Origin: Terriglobia bacterium
GTDB lineage: Bacteria > Acidobacteriota > Terriglobia > 2-12-FULL-54-10
Direction of reading: 5' to 3'
DNA length: 64,000 nucleotides
Assembly (NCBI GenBank): GCA_965198025.1
Contig: OZ240237.1
Location: forward strand, 473,038-537,037
This document shows positions 29,526 to 39,014 of the stretch, piece by piece. A program made the position numbers and the translations under genes. Under the pieces are notes generated by a model. It ran no database searches. It had not been told where the DNA came from and was given only the letters and a program-made list of their open reading frames with translations. Positions within the stretch are counted from its first letter, which is position 1. Every line of letters starts with the position of its first letter.

Positions 29526-30263
29526 CTAGCCTTGGCTGAGCCCTGCGTCGCTCTCCCAACCTTTGGGCAGACGCGCTATCCAGTAGCCCCACGCCCGATC
29601 CTGCACCAGCAGCGAGTGAAACACGCGCGAGGCAACCTTGCCCATCTCTGCCTCAATGAACACCGGCTTCCCTACGATAGCGGCTTGGGTCTGAATCTCG
29701 GCGTTCTTGTCGAGATAGATGGCCGCCATGACAGCCGTCACGATGTTCTCGCCGGCCACCACGGAGCCGTGGTTCTTGAGCAATGCGGCCCGCCGCTTCC
29801 CGAGTGATTCCGCCAATGCCTTGCCTTCGCTCGGCGTCGAGACCAGCAGGTTGCCGTCCGCGTCGTAGCGGTCGAACCAGCCGATGCCTTCCCAAAACAG
29901 CGTCCCCATGTGGATCACGGGCCGGATCGTTTCGCCGCTCACCGCGTAGGGCAGCACGCCGTCGCTGTGCGAGTGGCACACGGATTGGACGTCCGGCCGT
30001 GCCTGGTAGATGCCGCCGTGGATCACCCGCTCGACGTAGTGCTTTTCTTTGATCTCGACCAGCGGCGTGCAGTTCAGGCGATACCGCTGGATGTCCGTCG
30101 CGCGCACCGCCGCCGGCGACCGCGAGACGGACAGCAGAAACTCCTCCGGGTTGGTTTCACTCCGTACCGAGATGTGCCCGAACACGTCCACAATGCCTTC
30201 GTTGGCCAGGATGCGGTTCGCGGTGACCAGTTGCTCCACAAGTCTCGTTTCACTGTTGCTCAT
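29526..30263 (-). CDS. class II aldolase/adducin-family protein
   Basis: N-terminal LVTANRILANEGIVDVFGHISVR pattern and downstream His residues of class II aldolases. Confidence 0.7.
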   Translation of the reverse strand: MSNSETRLVEQLVTANRILANEGIVDVFGHISVRSETNPEEFLLSVSRSPAAVRATDIQRYRLNCTPLVEIKEKHYVERVIHGGIYQARPDVQSVCHSHSDGVLPYAVSGETIRPVIHMGTLFWEGIGWFDRYDADGNLLVSTPSEGKALAESLGKRRAALLKNHGSVVAGENIVTAVMAAIYLDKNAEIQTQAAIVGKPVFIEAEMGKVASRVFHSLLVQDRAWGYWIARLPKGWESDAGLSQG

Positions 30264-30295
30264 GCAGAATGCCCCTTCTTCCGGATTCGCCGTTG

Positions 30296-30946
30296 CTAGC
30301 GGCCGGGCACAATCAGCCGCGGTTCATCCGGCTTCCCGGCTGACTCGGGGTAGGATTGCCGCAGGAAGTCGATGAACGCTCGCCCGCGTGCGCGCCCGTT
30401 CGAGCGCAAGGCGGCCAGGCGGCTCAAGAACACCAACGACCGGATCACGTTCGATTCCTTGAGCGGCGCCACGGTACCCTTCTTGCGCTCGTTTTCCTGA
30501 TGTTCGTCGAGGAATTTCTTGATTTCGCGGAACGCCCCGATCTGCGAGGGTTCCTCCGGCAGCGACTCGTAGTAAATCCCGCTGGAGAGAGATTCGTAAG
30601 TCCTCACGAGCTTCTCGATGGCTGCCTGCAGGTCGTGGTCCGTTGTCTTCGGATCGGCCAGTGCGTAGCGCAGCATCTGCAGCCCGATGGCCGCGATGAA
30701 CTGCTCGTGCTCGGCGAGGAATGCGTCCGGCACTTCGATTCCGGGGAAGGGCATCGTCTCGGCCGTCGGCGTCTGTTCCTTTTCGTGCTTCCGTGCCTCT
30801 CGCAGATAGAAGCAATCGAACGGGCAGTCGACCGTCACTTCACGCTCTGCCCCGCAGCACGGCGCGCAAATCCATCCCCGCACCCCCGGACATTCTCGCC
30901 GGGCCTTCCCTTTCTTGCATATCGCGCACAAGGTGGTCTCTGACAT
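30296..30946 (-). CDS. hypothetical protein with N-terminal Cys-rich (9 Cys in 45 aa) metal-binding-like segment
   Basis: CAICKKGKARRECPGVRGWICAPCCGAEREVTVDCPFDC. Remainder unrecognised. Confidence 0.4.
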   Translation of the reverse strand: MSETTLCAICKKGKARRECPGVRGWICAPCCGAEREVTVDCPFDCFYLREARKHEKEQTPTAETMPFPGIEVPDAFLAEHEQFIAAIGLQMLRYALADPKTTDHDLQAAIEKLVRTYESLSSGIYYESLPEEPSQIGAFREIKKFLDEHQENERKKGTVAPLKESNVIRSLVFLSRLAALRSNGRARGRAFIDFLRQSYPESAGKPDEPRLIVPGR

Positions 30947-31063
30947 GGGAAAACAAGAATTATATCATGAGGTTCGAAACCTCCCTCGACCAGCGCATTG
31001 GAAGCTGTTTGCGATAGAATTGAGACGAAATGGAAGAAGTCGGGGGTGCTGCCGAATCAGGAC

Positions 31064-32398
31064 TCAGAACTTCGTCACTTCTGTGAAGTTGAACTCGGAG
31101 ACTTTGAGCGCAGGTACGACCATCGGTGCGGACTCTTCGCCGGACGCCCGCTCCGACGGCCCGAGCATCTCGGCGCAGTTGAGCAAGTCGATCAGGCTCT
31201 GGTTGAAACGGAAGTTCCGGATGCCGTGCCGGACCTTGCCGTCTTCGACGTAGAACGTTCCGTCGCGCGTCATCCCGGTCAGAATCTTCTTGTACGGATC
31301 GACCTCGCGGATGTACCACAAGCGCGTCACGAGAACACCTCGCTGCGTCGAAGCGATCATCTCCGGAACGCTGTGCTGCCCGCCCGCCATGACGATATTG
31401 AGTGGCGCCTCGCCGTACTCGTTCGGCAAGGGAAAACCGTGGCCGGTCGGTTCTGCGTCCATTGCCTTGGCGGTCTGGCGCGCGTAGGTCAGGTTCTTGG
31501 GGACACCGCTTTCCACAAGTGGAAGAGCCTTCCGCGCAACCCCTTCGCCGTCGAACGGCGCGCCGAACTGCAGCCTATGGTACGCGTCGTCGCTGACGTG
31601 GATGTTCTCGCCGAAAAGCTTCTTTCCGATCCGCCCGGTCAGGCAGCTACGCTGGTCCCGCACTGCCTGTCCCGAGAAATCCCAGAACAGAAAGCCCAGC
31701 AGGTCGAGCACCGCCGCCGGTTCGAGGATCGTTACATGCTTGTCCGCGGGCAATTCCTTCGGATTCCGGCTCTGGTTGGCGATGTCGGACGAGCGTGTTG
31801 CGAGCGCCGCCGCGTCGATCTCGCGCACGTCGGGCGCGGTTTTCTTGGCCCATCCGGAGCTGTCGGCGGCGAGCGTGGTGATCGAGAACTCAGCCAGCGT
31901 GTCGCGATAGTACGCGGCGAGTCCGTGCGAGTTGAATGCCGCCTGTACCCCCGCCGTGGTCGAATACGTCCCGGCTGCCGTCTGCCCGTTTTTTTCCGCG
32001 ATCTCGATGGCCTTGCGCACGGCCTGTGCACGCTCGGCGGGAGTGACGCCTGCCGTCGCTTCGATGTAGCGCTCCACCGGACGGTATTCTTGCGGCCCGG
32101 GCATCGGCAGCAGCTCCGGGTCGGGCTGCTGGCGGCGGGCGAGGCTGGCCGCCTCGCCAACAACCCGCCGCAGGCTTTCGGAGTCGAACTTGTTCGTCGA
32201 GGCCCGCGCCGTGCGGTTTCCGTAGGCGGTCCGCACGGAAAGGTAGTAGCCTTCCTCGGCCACGTTCTGATGGATCGTGTTGTTCGCGAACCGGGTCAGT
32301 TCGTGCGAGCCCCCGCCGACGAGCAGTTCGGTCTCATCGGCGTCGCTGTACTGTAGCAGCTCGGCGAAAATCTCCTGGCAGCGCTCACGGCTGAGCAT
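31064..32398 (-). CDS. pmbA: TldD/PmbA-family metalloprotease, PmbA (TldE)-like
   Basis: Family-typical N- and C-terminal regions. Paired with the tldD-like gene upstream. Start trimmed to the internal Met of ORF 31064..32446. Confidence 0.7.
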   Translation of the reverse strand: MLSRERCQEIFAELLQYSDADETELLVGGGSHELTRFANNTIHQNVAEEGYYLSVRTAYGNRTARASTNKFDSESLRRVVGEAASLARRQQPDPELLPMPGPQEYRPVERYIEATAGVTPAERAQAVRKAIEIAEKNGQTAAGTYSTTAGVQAAFNSHGLAAYYRDTLAEFSITTLAADSSGWAKKTAPDVREIDAAALATRSSDIANQSRNPKELPADKHVTILEPAAVLDLLGFLFWDFSGQAVRDQRSCLTGRIGKKLFGENIHVSDDAYHRLQFGAPFDGEGVARKALPLVESGVPKNLTYARQTAKAMDAEPTGHGFPLPNEYGEAPLNIVMAGGQHSVPEMIASTQRGVLVTRLWYIREVDPYKKILTGMTRDGTFYVEDGKVRHGIRNFRFNQSLIDLLNCAEMLGPSERASGEESAPMVVPALKVSEFNFTEVTKF

Positions 32399-33845
32399 AT
32401 GCGATCCCCACACGGACGTTCCGGAAGCGCGACGGCGCTGCGCCATGGCCTGTTCCCATGGTCTGCGACGGCTGGCCCTTGCCGCAATTGGGCGTCCCCC
32501 AGAGCGTCCAGTGATCCGTGTTGCAGATGGCGTCGCAGGAGTTCCAGAACTCCGTCGTGATCCCGCTGTAGCTCGGGTTCTTGAGCATTCGCGTCTTCTT
32601 GCCGTTCTGGATCTCCCATGCTAGCTCGCAGCCGAACTGGAAGTGATACCGCCGGTCGTCGATCGACCAGCTTCGGTTCGTCTCCATGTAGATGCCGTCG
32701 TCTGTGTCGGCGATCAGGTCGTCGAGCTTCCAGTCGCCCGGCAGCAAGCTGACGTTGGTCATCCGGATGAGTGGAATGCGCGCCCAACCGTCGGCGCGCA
32801 TGGCGCCGTTGGAGCGCCCCTCGCCAATGGCCGCCGCCGTCTCGCGCGAGGTGAGGTAGCCTGTGAACAGGCCGTCCTGGATGATGTCGGCTCGCTGCGC
32901 CGCAACGCCCTCGTCGTCGTAGCCGAACGTCCCAAGCCCCGGCCCGTGTTCGAGCCGCGCATCCGCGACGACGTTCACGATCTCGGACCCGTAGCGCAGT
33001 TTTCGCAACTGATCGATCGTCAGAAAACTCATTCCGGCATAGTTCGCCTCCGTGCCGAGCACGCGGTCGAGTTCGATGGGGTGGCCAATGGATTCATGAA
33101 TTTGTAAGCCCACCTGCGAGCCGTCGAGAATCACCGTGCGTTTGCCGCGCGGGCATTGCTCGGCCTTGTGAAGCGCCACGGCCTCTTCGGCGATCCGCCG
33201 CGCGTTCTCGATCAACTGCATCTCTTCGATCAGTTCATACCCCTGGAGCGCGTACTGACCGCGGAACGAGTTCGGATAGGAGCGCTTCTGGATTTCGGCT
33301 TCCGCGAAGCTATAGGCCTCGATGCCGGCCCCGGAGATCACCCTGGTCTGGTCGATCACCGAGCCTTCCGTGCTGACGAAGAGCTGTCGCACTCGCCGGA
33401 AGTGCAGGCTGCCCTCGGCCAGCGTGATTCCCGCGACGGCGCGCATCTCGGCGTCGGCTCGCAGCAGCAGGTTGAGGTTGTCTTCGACGGAGATGCCGAA
33501 CGGATCGGTGCGGAACGGCGATATCCACGTTGCGACGACCGGCTTTTCCGGCACGAGCACGATGTCCGCTTTTTTTGCTAGAGCGCTTGCCCGCGCAATC
33601 GCCAGCGCCTTCGTGGCGGCCGCTGCGAGCGAATCCTTTGACAGGTTGCCCGTCGAGGCGAACCCCCAGCAACCCTTCGCCACAACACGAATTCCCAGCC
33701 CCAGCGATTCGTCCGAAGAGATGGTCCCCACTTTGCCGTTCTTGGTTGCGATATTCCGCTCGCGCGAGTCAATCACCCGCACATCGGCGTACTCGACCTC
33801 GCGCCGGTCAAGATGGTCCAGAACGGTGTCAGCAAACTCCCGCAT
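32385..33845 (-). CDS. tldD: TldD-family metalloprotease
   Basis: 486 aa. HExxxH-like (HESIGHPIELD) and GxC motif region typical of TldD. Confidence 0.8.
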   Translation of the reverse strand: MREFADTVLDHLDRREVEYADVRVIDSRERNIATKNGKVGTISSDESLGLGIRVVAKGCWGFASTGNLSKDSLAAAATKALAIARASALAKKADIVLVPEKPVVATWISPFRTDPFGISVEDNLNLLLRADAEMRAVAGITLAEGSLHFRRVRQLFVSTEGSVIDQTRVISGAGIEAYSFAEAEIQKRSYPNSFRGQYALQGYELIEEMQLIENARRIAEEAVALHKAEQCPRGKRTVILDGSQVGLQIHESIGHPIELDRVLGTEANYAGMSFLTIDQLRKLRYGSEIVNVVADARLEHGPGLGTFGYDDEGVAAQRADIIQDGLFTGYLTSRETAAAIGEGRSNGAMRADGWARIPLIRMTNVSLLPGDWKLDDLIADTDDGIYMETNRSWSIDDRRYHFQFGCELAWEIQNGKKTRMLKNPSYSGITTEFWNSCDAICNTDHWTLWGTPNCGKGQPSQTMGTGHGAAPSRFRNVRVGIAYAQP

Positions 33846-33877
33846 GTCCTCTGGAAAAGAGTCTGGATTCTGCGCTC

Positions 33878-35152
33878 TTAGGTCCCCTCATCCCACGACG
33901 CCAGGTATTTTTCTTGCTCCGCGCTGAGCCGGTCGATCTTCACCTTCATGGCCTCGAGCTTGATCTGCGCCACCAAGCGGTCGATCTCCTCCGGCACTGG
34001 GTAGACCTTCTTCTCGAGCTGGTCGGCATTCTGGGTCAGGTGCTCGATGCACAGGGCTTGGTTGGCGAAGCTCATATCCATGACGGCGGCCGGATGGCCT
34101 TCGGCGCTCGAGAGGTTCACGAGACGGCCGTCCGCCAGCAGGTAAATTCGCCGGCCGTCCGCCATCCGGTGCTCTTCGACAAATTGACGGATCTGGCGCC
34201 GGCTGGCTGCCATTTTCTGCAGTTCGGGGATTGCAATCTCCACGTTGAAGTGTCCCGAGTTGGCGAGCAATGCCCCGTCCTTCATGCATTCGAAATGCTC
34301 TTGCGCCAGCACGCTCTTGTTCCCCGTGGCACTGATGAAGAGGTCACCGATCTTGGCCGCTTCAGCCATGGGCATGACCTGGAAGCCGTCCATGATGGCT
34401 TCCAGCGCCCGCGTCGGATTCACTTCCGTTACGATCACGTGCGCGCCGAGGCCGTGCGCCCGCATGGCGATCCCGCGTCCGCACCACCCGTAGCCGCCCA
34501 CCACCACCTTCAGCCCCGCGATCAGCACGTTGGTCGCCCGCAGTATGCCGTCAAGCGTCGACTGCCCGGTCCCGTAGCGGTTGTCGAACATGTGCTTGGT
34601 GTCGGCGTCGTTGACGGCGATGATGGGATAGCGGAGGACGTTTTGCTCGGCCATGCTGCGCAGGCGGATCACGCCCGTGGTGGTTTCCTCGGTTCCGGCG
34701 CGGATATCGCCGGCCAGATCCGTGCGTTTGGTGTGGGCCAGCGAAACCAAGTCGGCTCCGTCGTCCATCGTGAAGTGCGGCTTGTGCTGCAGCGTGGCGT
34801 CGAGGTGCGAATAGTAGGTGTCGTTGCCCTCCCCTTTGATGGCGAAGACGGGAATGCCGTGGTCACGGACCAGGCTGGACGCCACGTCGTCCTGCGTGCT
34901 CAAGGGATTCGACGCGCAGAGCATCACTTCCGCCCCGCCCTTTTGCAGTGTCAGAATGAGGTTGGCGGTCTCCGTCGTGACGTGCAGGCAAGCCGAGATG
35001 CGGATGCCCCGCAGCGGCTGCTCCTGGTCGAACCGCTCGCGGATCGAGCTGAGCGTCGGCATGAACTGGTCTGCCCATTCGATGCGCAGGCGGCCCTCCT
35101 CTGCCAAAGCCGGATCTCTTACGTCGGACGGAATGTTTGTCGTTGTGGACAT
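33878..35152 (-). CDS. ahcY: adenosylhomocysteinase
   Basis: 424 aa. NAD-binding GYGWCGRG-like motif ([15 protein letters not shown]). Conserved SAHH N-terminus. Confidence 0.9.
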   Translation of the reverse strand: MSTTTNIPSDVRDPALAEEGRLRIEWADQFMPTLSSIRERFDQEQPLRGIRISACLHVTTETANLILTLQKGGAEVMLCASNPLSTQDDVASSLVRDHGIPVFAIKGEGNDTYYSHLDATLQHKPHFTMDDGADLVSLAHTKRTDLAGDIRAGTEETTTGVIRLRSMAEQNVLRYPIIAVNDADTKHMFDNRYGTGQSTLDGILRATNVLIAGLKVVVGGYGWCGRGIAMRAHGLGAHVIVTEVNPTRALEAIMDGFQVMPMAEAAKIGDLFISATGNKSVLAQEHFECMKDGALLANSGHFNVEIAIPELQKMAASRRQIRQFVEEHRMADGRRIYLLADGRLVNLSSAEGHPAAVMDMSFANQALCIEHLTQNADQLEKKVYPVPEEIDRLVAQIKLEAMKVKIDRLSAEQEKYLASWDEGT

Positions 35153-35223
35153 AATTCGATGGTCTCCCGTGTTCCTTGCGATTGCTCAATTCTGAGAATG
35201 GGTCCCTGCGGTTCGCCGCAGGT

Positions 35224-36408
35224 CTACCGGGCGGCGGCTTTGGCTTCCGGTTCCGATGCAAGTCCGGCGGCCTGGCGCAGTCTCTCTGCCTGGTTCGTGG
35301 CCTCCCAGGTAAAGTCTGGCTCGCTGCGCCCGAAGTGGCCGAATGCAGCGGTCTGCTCGTAAATCGGCCGCCGCAGCTGCAGGTACTCTATGATTCTTTT
35401 CGGCGTGAGGGGAAAGGTCTCGCGGATCAGGGCCACCAATTTTTCTTCCTCCACCACTCCGGTGCCAAACGTGTCCACCATGACCGAAACCGGTTCGGCA
35501 ACTCCGATCGCGTAAGCGAGTTGAACTTCGCAGCGCTCTGCCGCCCCGGACGCTACCACGTTCTTGGCAACGTGCCGGGCCATGTAGCATGCCGAGCGAT
35601 CCACCTTGGAGGGGTCCTTGCCGGAGAAGGCTCCGCCCCCATGTCGCCCCATGCCGCCGTAGGTGTCCACAATGATCTTGCGTCCCGTCAGTCCGGTGTC
35701 GCCGGCAGGCCCGCCGGTCACGAATCGCCCCGTCGGATTGATGTGGATCTGAGCCTCGGAAAGCATCGCGTCCGGCAGCACCGGGCGGATCACTTCTTCC
35801 CGGATGGCTTCTTGGAGCGTTTTGTCTGAAACGCTTTCGCTGTGCTGTGAGGAGACAACCACCGCCGTCACCCGCACCGGCTTGCCGTCCTCATAGAGCA
35901 CCGAGACTTGCGATTTCCCGTCCGGCCGCAGGAAATCCGCTGTTCCGCTGCGGCGGACCTCTGAAAGCCGCCGAACCAGCCGGTGGGCCAGCATGATCGG
36001 CAGCGGCATCAATTCTTCCGTTTCATTGCACGCGTATCCGAACATCATGCCCTGATCGCCGGCCCCGCCCGGATCAACGCCCATGGCGATGTCGGGCGAC
36101 TGCTCATGCACCGCCGTGAGCACCCCGCACGTGTGCGCGTCAAAGCCGAATTTCGCGCGGTTGTAGCCGATCCTCTCGATCGTCCGGCGGGCGATCTGTG
36201 TGTACTCCACGGGCGCCTGGGACGTGATCTCGCCCGCGATCAAGACCAGACCCTTGGTCAGGACCGTTTCACAGGCCACACGCCCGCAGGGGTCCTGCCC
36301 CAGGACTGAATCCAGAATGGCGTCTGAGATTTGGTCCGCGATCTTGTCCGGATGGCCTTCCGTCACGGATTCGGATGTGAACAAATAACTTCGCGCGCGT
36401 TGCGACAC
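35224..36408 (-). CDS. metK: S-adenosylmethionine synthetase
   Basis: [25 protein letters not shown] and [16 protein letters not shown] motifs. GTG start with GGAGG SD. Confidence 0.9.
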   Translation of the reverse strand: MSQRARSYLFTSESVTEGHPDKIADQISDAILDSVLGQDPCGRVACETVLTKGLVLIAGEITSQAPVEYTQIARRTIERIGYNRAKFGFDAHTCGVLTAVHEQSPDIAMGVDPGGAGDQGMMFGYACNETEELMPLPIMLAHRLVRRLSEVRRSGTADFLRPDGKSQVSVLYEDGKPVRVTAVVVSSQHSESVSDKTLQEAIREEVIRPVLPDAMLSEAQIHINPTGRFVTGGPAGDTGLTGRKIIVDTYGGMGRHGGGAFSGKDPSKVDRSACYMARHVAKNVVASGAAERCEVQLAYAIGVAEPVSVMVDTFGTGVVEEEKLVALIRETFPLTPKRIIEYLQLRRPIYEQTAAFGHFGRSEPDFTWEATNQAERLRQAAGLASEPEAKAAAR

Positions 36409-36541
36409 AATCGTACCTCCTCAAACTCAATGGACCGAACGGATCGACAGTCTCCGGGCTGGACCAGGCTGAACCCCGAGTGGAACCTTAGATGAGCGAG
36501 AGTAGCAGAGTTCCCCGCAAAGCGTCAAAGCAAATTTGCTC

Positions 36542-37020
36542 AGTAGCGACAGGCCTCCAGGCCTGTCCCCTTCGAGCACAGGCCCGCCAGGGCCCTGTGC
36601 TCCAACGCAGCTGCTTCTGCTGTCGCTTTGCATTACAGCAGAGAGTAAAGCAGCCTCAGCCTGCCGTGTCATCCCGAGGAGCGTTGAGCGAAGGCGAAGG
36701 GCGACGAGGGATCTGCTCTTCCCACGATCCGCTATTCCCTCCCTCCTCTCCTTATCCCCAAGGCAAGTAGCGACAGGCCTCCAGGCCAGTCCCCTTCGAG
36801 CACAGGGCCGCCCAGGGCCCTGTGTTCCAACGCCAGATGCTTCCGCTGTCGCTTTGCATTACAGCAGAGAGTAAAGCAGCCTCAGCCTGCCGTGTCATCC
36901 CGAGGAGCGTTGAGCGAAGGCGAAGGGCGACGAGGGATCTGCTCTTCCCACGATCCGCTATTCCCTCCCTCCTCTCCTCATCCCCAAGGCAAGTAGTGAC
37001 AGGCCTCCGAGGCCAGTCTG
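36542..37020. repeat. tandem direct repeat, approx. 225-bp unit x 2.1 copies, each unit containing at least three GC-rich inverted repeats (hairpins) and a CU-rich tail
   Basis: Units begin agtagcgacaggcctccaggcc at 36542, 36766 and 36992 (third copy partial). Within each unit, gacaggcc/ggcctgtc, gagcacaggccc/gggccctgtgctc and tctgctgt/acagcaga arms are reverse complements. The ORFs 36492..36770, 36536..36874 and 36822..37157 repeat the same peptide twice, confirming the duplication. Confidence 0.85.
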
Positions 37021-37153
37021 GATCGACAATCTTTCTTCGACATTGCTGCAGCCGTAGACGCCGGATTGGCTCCCGTGCCCTCGGCAGGCATGCCCGTTGC
37101 CTTGACTGCTTTTCCCGCCGTGTGTTAGCTTACTTTTCCGCTTTTTCCTTTGA

Positions 37154-38281
37154 GTGAGGTTGCTGAAATTGGCTTCCCCCACCGCTGCGCTGCGCAAGAC
37201 CGCGTTGAACCAGGCCCACCGCCGCATGGGCGCGCGCATGGTCGAGTTCGGCGGCTGGGACATGCCCGTTGAGTACTCCGGAATTGTCCCCGAGCACATC
37301 GCCGTGCGGACTCGGGTCGGGCTGTTCGATGTGAGCCACATGGGAGAAATTGAGGTGCGCGGCGAGGGCGCGCTGCCTCTCCTGCAGAATGTCACCTGTA
37401 ACGATGTTTCCCGTCTGCAGATCAGCCAGGCGCAATATTCCGCCCTCATGAATGAGCGCGGCGGAATCGTGGATGATCTGCTCGTGCACCGCGTCGGGGA
37501 AGAGGACTATTTTCTTTGTGTCAACGCTTCACGCCGCGAGGCCGACTACGATTGGATCGCCGCCCACAACCAGGCCGGTGCGGAAGTCCGCAACACCAGC
37601 GATGAGTACACGCAGCTCGCCGTGCAGGGGCCGCGCAGCCTCGCTGTTCTCCAGCCGCTCACTTCCGTCGCGCTGGCGGAGCTCAAGTATTATTGGTTCG
37701 CCCGCGGCACGGTCTGCGGCACGGAGTCCCTCGTCGCCCGTACCGGTTACACCGGGGAGGACGGCTTCGAGGTCTATTTCCCGGTCTCGGAATCCGAGCG
37801 CATCTGGAACTCCATCCTGGAAGCCGGCAAGGCCGAGGGAATTGTGCCCTGCGGATTGGGCGCCCGCAATACGCTCCGGCTCGAGGCTGGCATGCTGCTC
37901 TACGGCCACGATATGAATGAGGATACCACTCCGCTCGAGGTACGCCTGCGCTGGCTCGTGAAGCTCCGGAAGGGACCTTTTCTGGGGCGTGATGTTTTGC
38001 AGCGGCAAAACGAGCAAGGAGTCCCTCGCTCCCTCGCCGCCTTCGAGCTGCGCGCCCGCGGCATTGCGCGTGACGAAGCTCCCGTTCTGCTCGGCGGCCG
38101 GACGATCGGCAAGGTCACCAGCGGTTCGTATGCTCCGTTCCTCAAGCGCAGCATCGGTTTCGCTTCGCTTCCGAGCGAGCATGCCGCAGTGGGCCGGGAA
38201 ATTGCAATCGACATTCGCGGAACGCGCGCTGCCGCCGAAATCGTGCCGGCGCCCCTTTACCGCAGGCAAAAGAAGAATTGA
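37154..38281 (+). CDS. gcvT: glycine cleavage system aminomethyltransferase T
   Basis: FGGWDMPVEYSGIVPEHIAVRTRVGLFDVSHMGEIEVRG, the canonical GcvT N-terminus. Confidence 0.85.
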   Translation: MRLLKLASPTAALRKTALNQAHRRMGARMVEFGGWDMPVEYSGIVPEHIAVRTRVGLFDVSHMGEIEVRGEGALPLLQNVTCNDVSRLQISQAQYSALMNERGGIVDDLLVHRVGEEDYFLCVNASRREADYDWIAAHNQAGAEVRNTSDEYTQLAVQGPRSLAVLQPLTSVALAELKYYWFARGTVCGTESLVARTGYTGEDGFEVYFPVSESERIWNSILEAGKAEGIVPCGLGARNTLRLEAGMLLYGHDMNEDTTPLEVRLRWLVKLRKGPFLGRDVLQRQNEQGVPRSLAAFELRARGIARDEAPVLLGGRTIGKVTSGSYAPFLKRSIGFASLPSEHAAVGREIAIDIRGTRAAAEIVPAPLYRRQKKN

Positions 38282-38318
38282 TTAACTAAATCGTCACGCG
38301 AGAGAGAGAAGATCACAG

Positions 38319-38483
38319 ATGGCAAAACTCCAGAGGGTATACAAGACAGGAACTGAGTACCAAATCACGGGTCCGGGAGAGAAATCCCGTCGCGTGCGTT
38401 TCGTTGGCAAATTCAAGATCGACAGAAAAGAGGTTCTGATGTTCCGCCCCGTCAGAAAGGCCAAGAAACAAACTAGGAAGTAG
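38319..38483 (+). CDS. small basic hypothetical protein (54 aa) in an AT-richer spacer between gcvT and gcvH
   Basis: Manual translation: MAKLQRVYKTGTEYQITGPGEKSRRVRFVGKFKIDRKEVLMFRPVRKAKKQTRK. The local GC of the 38282-38571 spacer is visibly lower (about 48%) than the flanks. Confidence 0.3.
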   Translation: MAKLQRVYKTGTEYQITGPGEKSRRVRFVGKFKIDRKEVLMFRPVRKAKKQTRK

Positions 38484-38571
38484 CAATTTCAAAGCCGCCA
38501 TAACCGAGTCTAGTCCTCGTCAACAGGTTCGGATGCGGCTCCTAAGTCAACGAACGTGATCGGAGAGAGTC

Positions 38572-38964
38572 ATGTCGTATCCGTCCAAGTTTCGCTACAC
38601 CGACCAGCATGAATGGGTCGATCTCGACGGCAACGCCGCCACCGTGGGTATCACGGACCACGCCCAGCACCAGCTCGGTGACATCGTGTTTCTGGAGCTT
38701 CCCAGTGTGGGCGATGCCGTCGAAGCCGGCAAACCCTGCGCCACGGTCGAATCCGTCAAGGCCGTTTCTGAGATTTACTCGCCGGTCACCGGCTCGGTCA
38801 CCGAAGTAAACGGTGCTTTGGCGGAAACTCCCGAGTGGGTCAACCAGGACCCGCACGGCAAGGCTTGGATGATCCGCGTTGCCCTGAGCGCCCCCGCGCC
38901 GCTCGACAAGCTTTTTACTGCGGAGCAATACGAGGAATACGTCCGGCAGGAAACCGCTGACTGA
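38572..38964 (+). CDS. gcvH: glycine cleavage system H protein (lipoyl carrier)
   Basis: ATVESVKAVSEIYSPVTG lipoyl-lysine region. 130 aa. Confidence 0.9.
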   Translation: MSYPSKFRYTDQHEWVDLDGNAATVGITDHAQHQLGDIVFLELPSVGDAVEAGKPCATVESVKAVSEIYSPVTGSVTEVNGALAETPEWVNQDPHGKAWMIRVALSAPAPLDKLFTAEQYEEYVRQETAD

Positions 38965-39014
38965 TCCCTGCCTCTCCCCGGCCGTCCGGAACGGTTCCGT
39001 TTTTTTCGAGCTGC

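Noticed and set aside
36409-36541. Looked for a SAM-I riboswitch on the minus strand upstream of metK
   Set aside because: Could not find the conserved SAM-I core (for example GGNGGAGGGACUGGCCC, a kink-turn or pseudoknot partners) in the reverse complement. Only an SD (GGAGG) plus GTG start is evident.
36542-37020. Possible CRISPR array
   Set aside because: The unit is about 225 bp with no short repeat-spacer periodicity and no cas genes nearby. It is a tandem macro-repeat, not a CRISPR.
37021-37153. Looked for a glycine riboswitch upstream of gcvT
   Set aside because: No GGAGAG...ACCGAAGGGGCAA-type aptamer consensus is visible on the plus strand. The region contains only a partial repeat copy and a pyrimidine-rich leader.
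36492-37157. ORFs 36492..36770, 36536..36874 and 36822..37157 in the ORF track
   Set aside because: They are read through the tandem repeat and encode the same peptide twice (LSLCITAESKAASACRVIPRSVERRRRATRDLLFPRSAIPSLLS). They are artefacts of the repeat, not genes.
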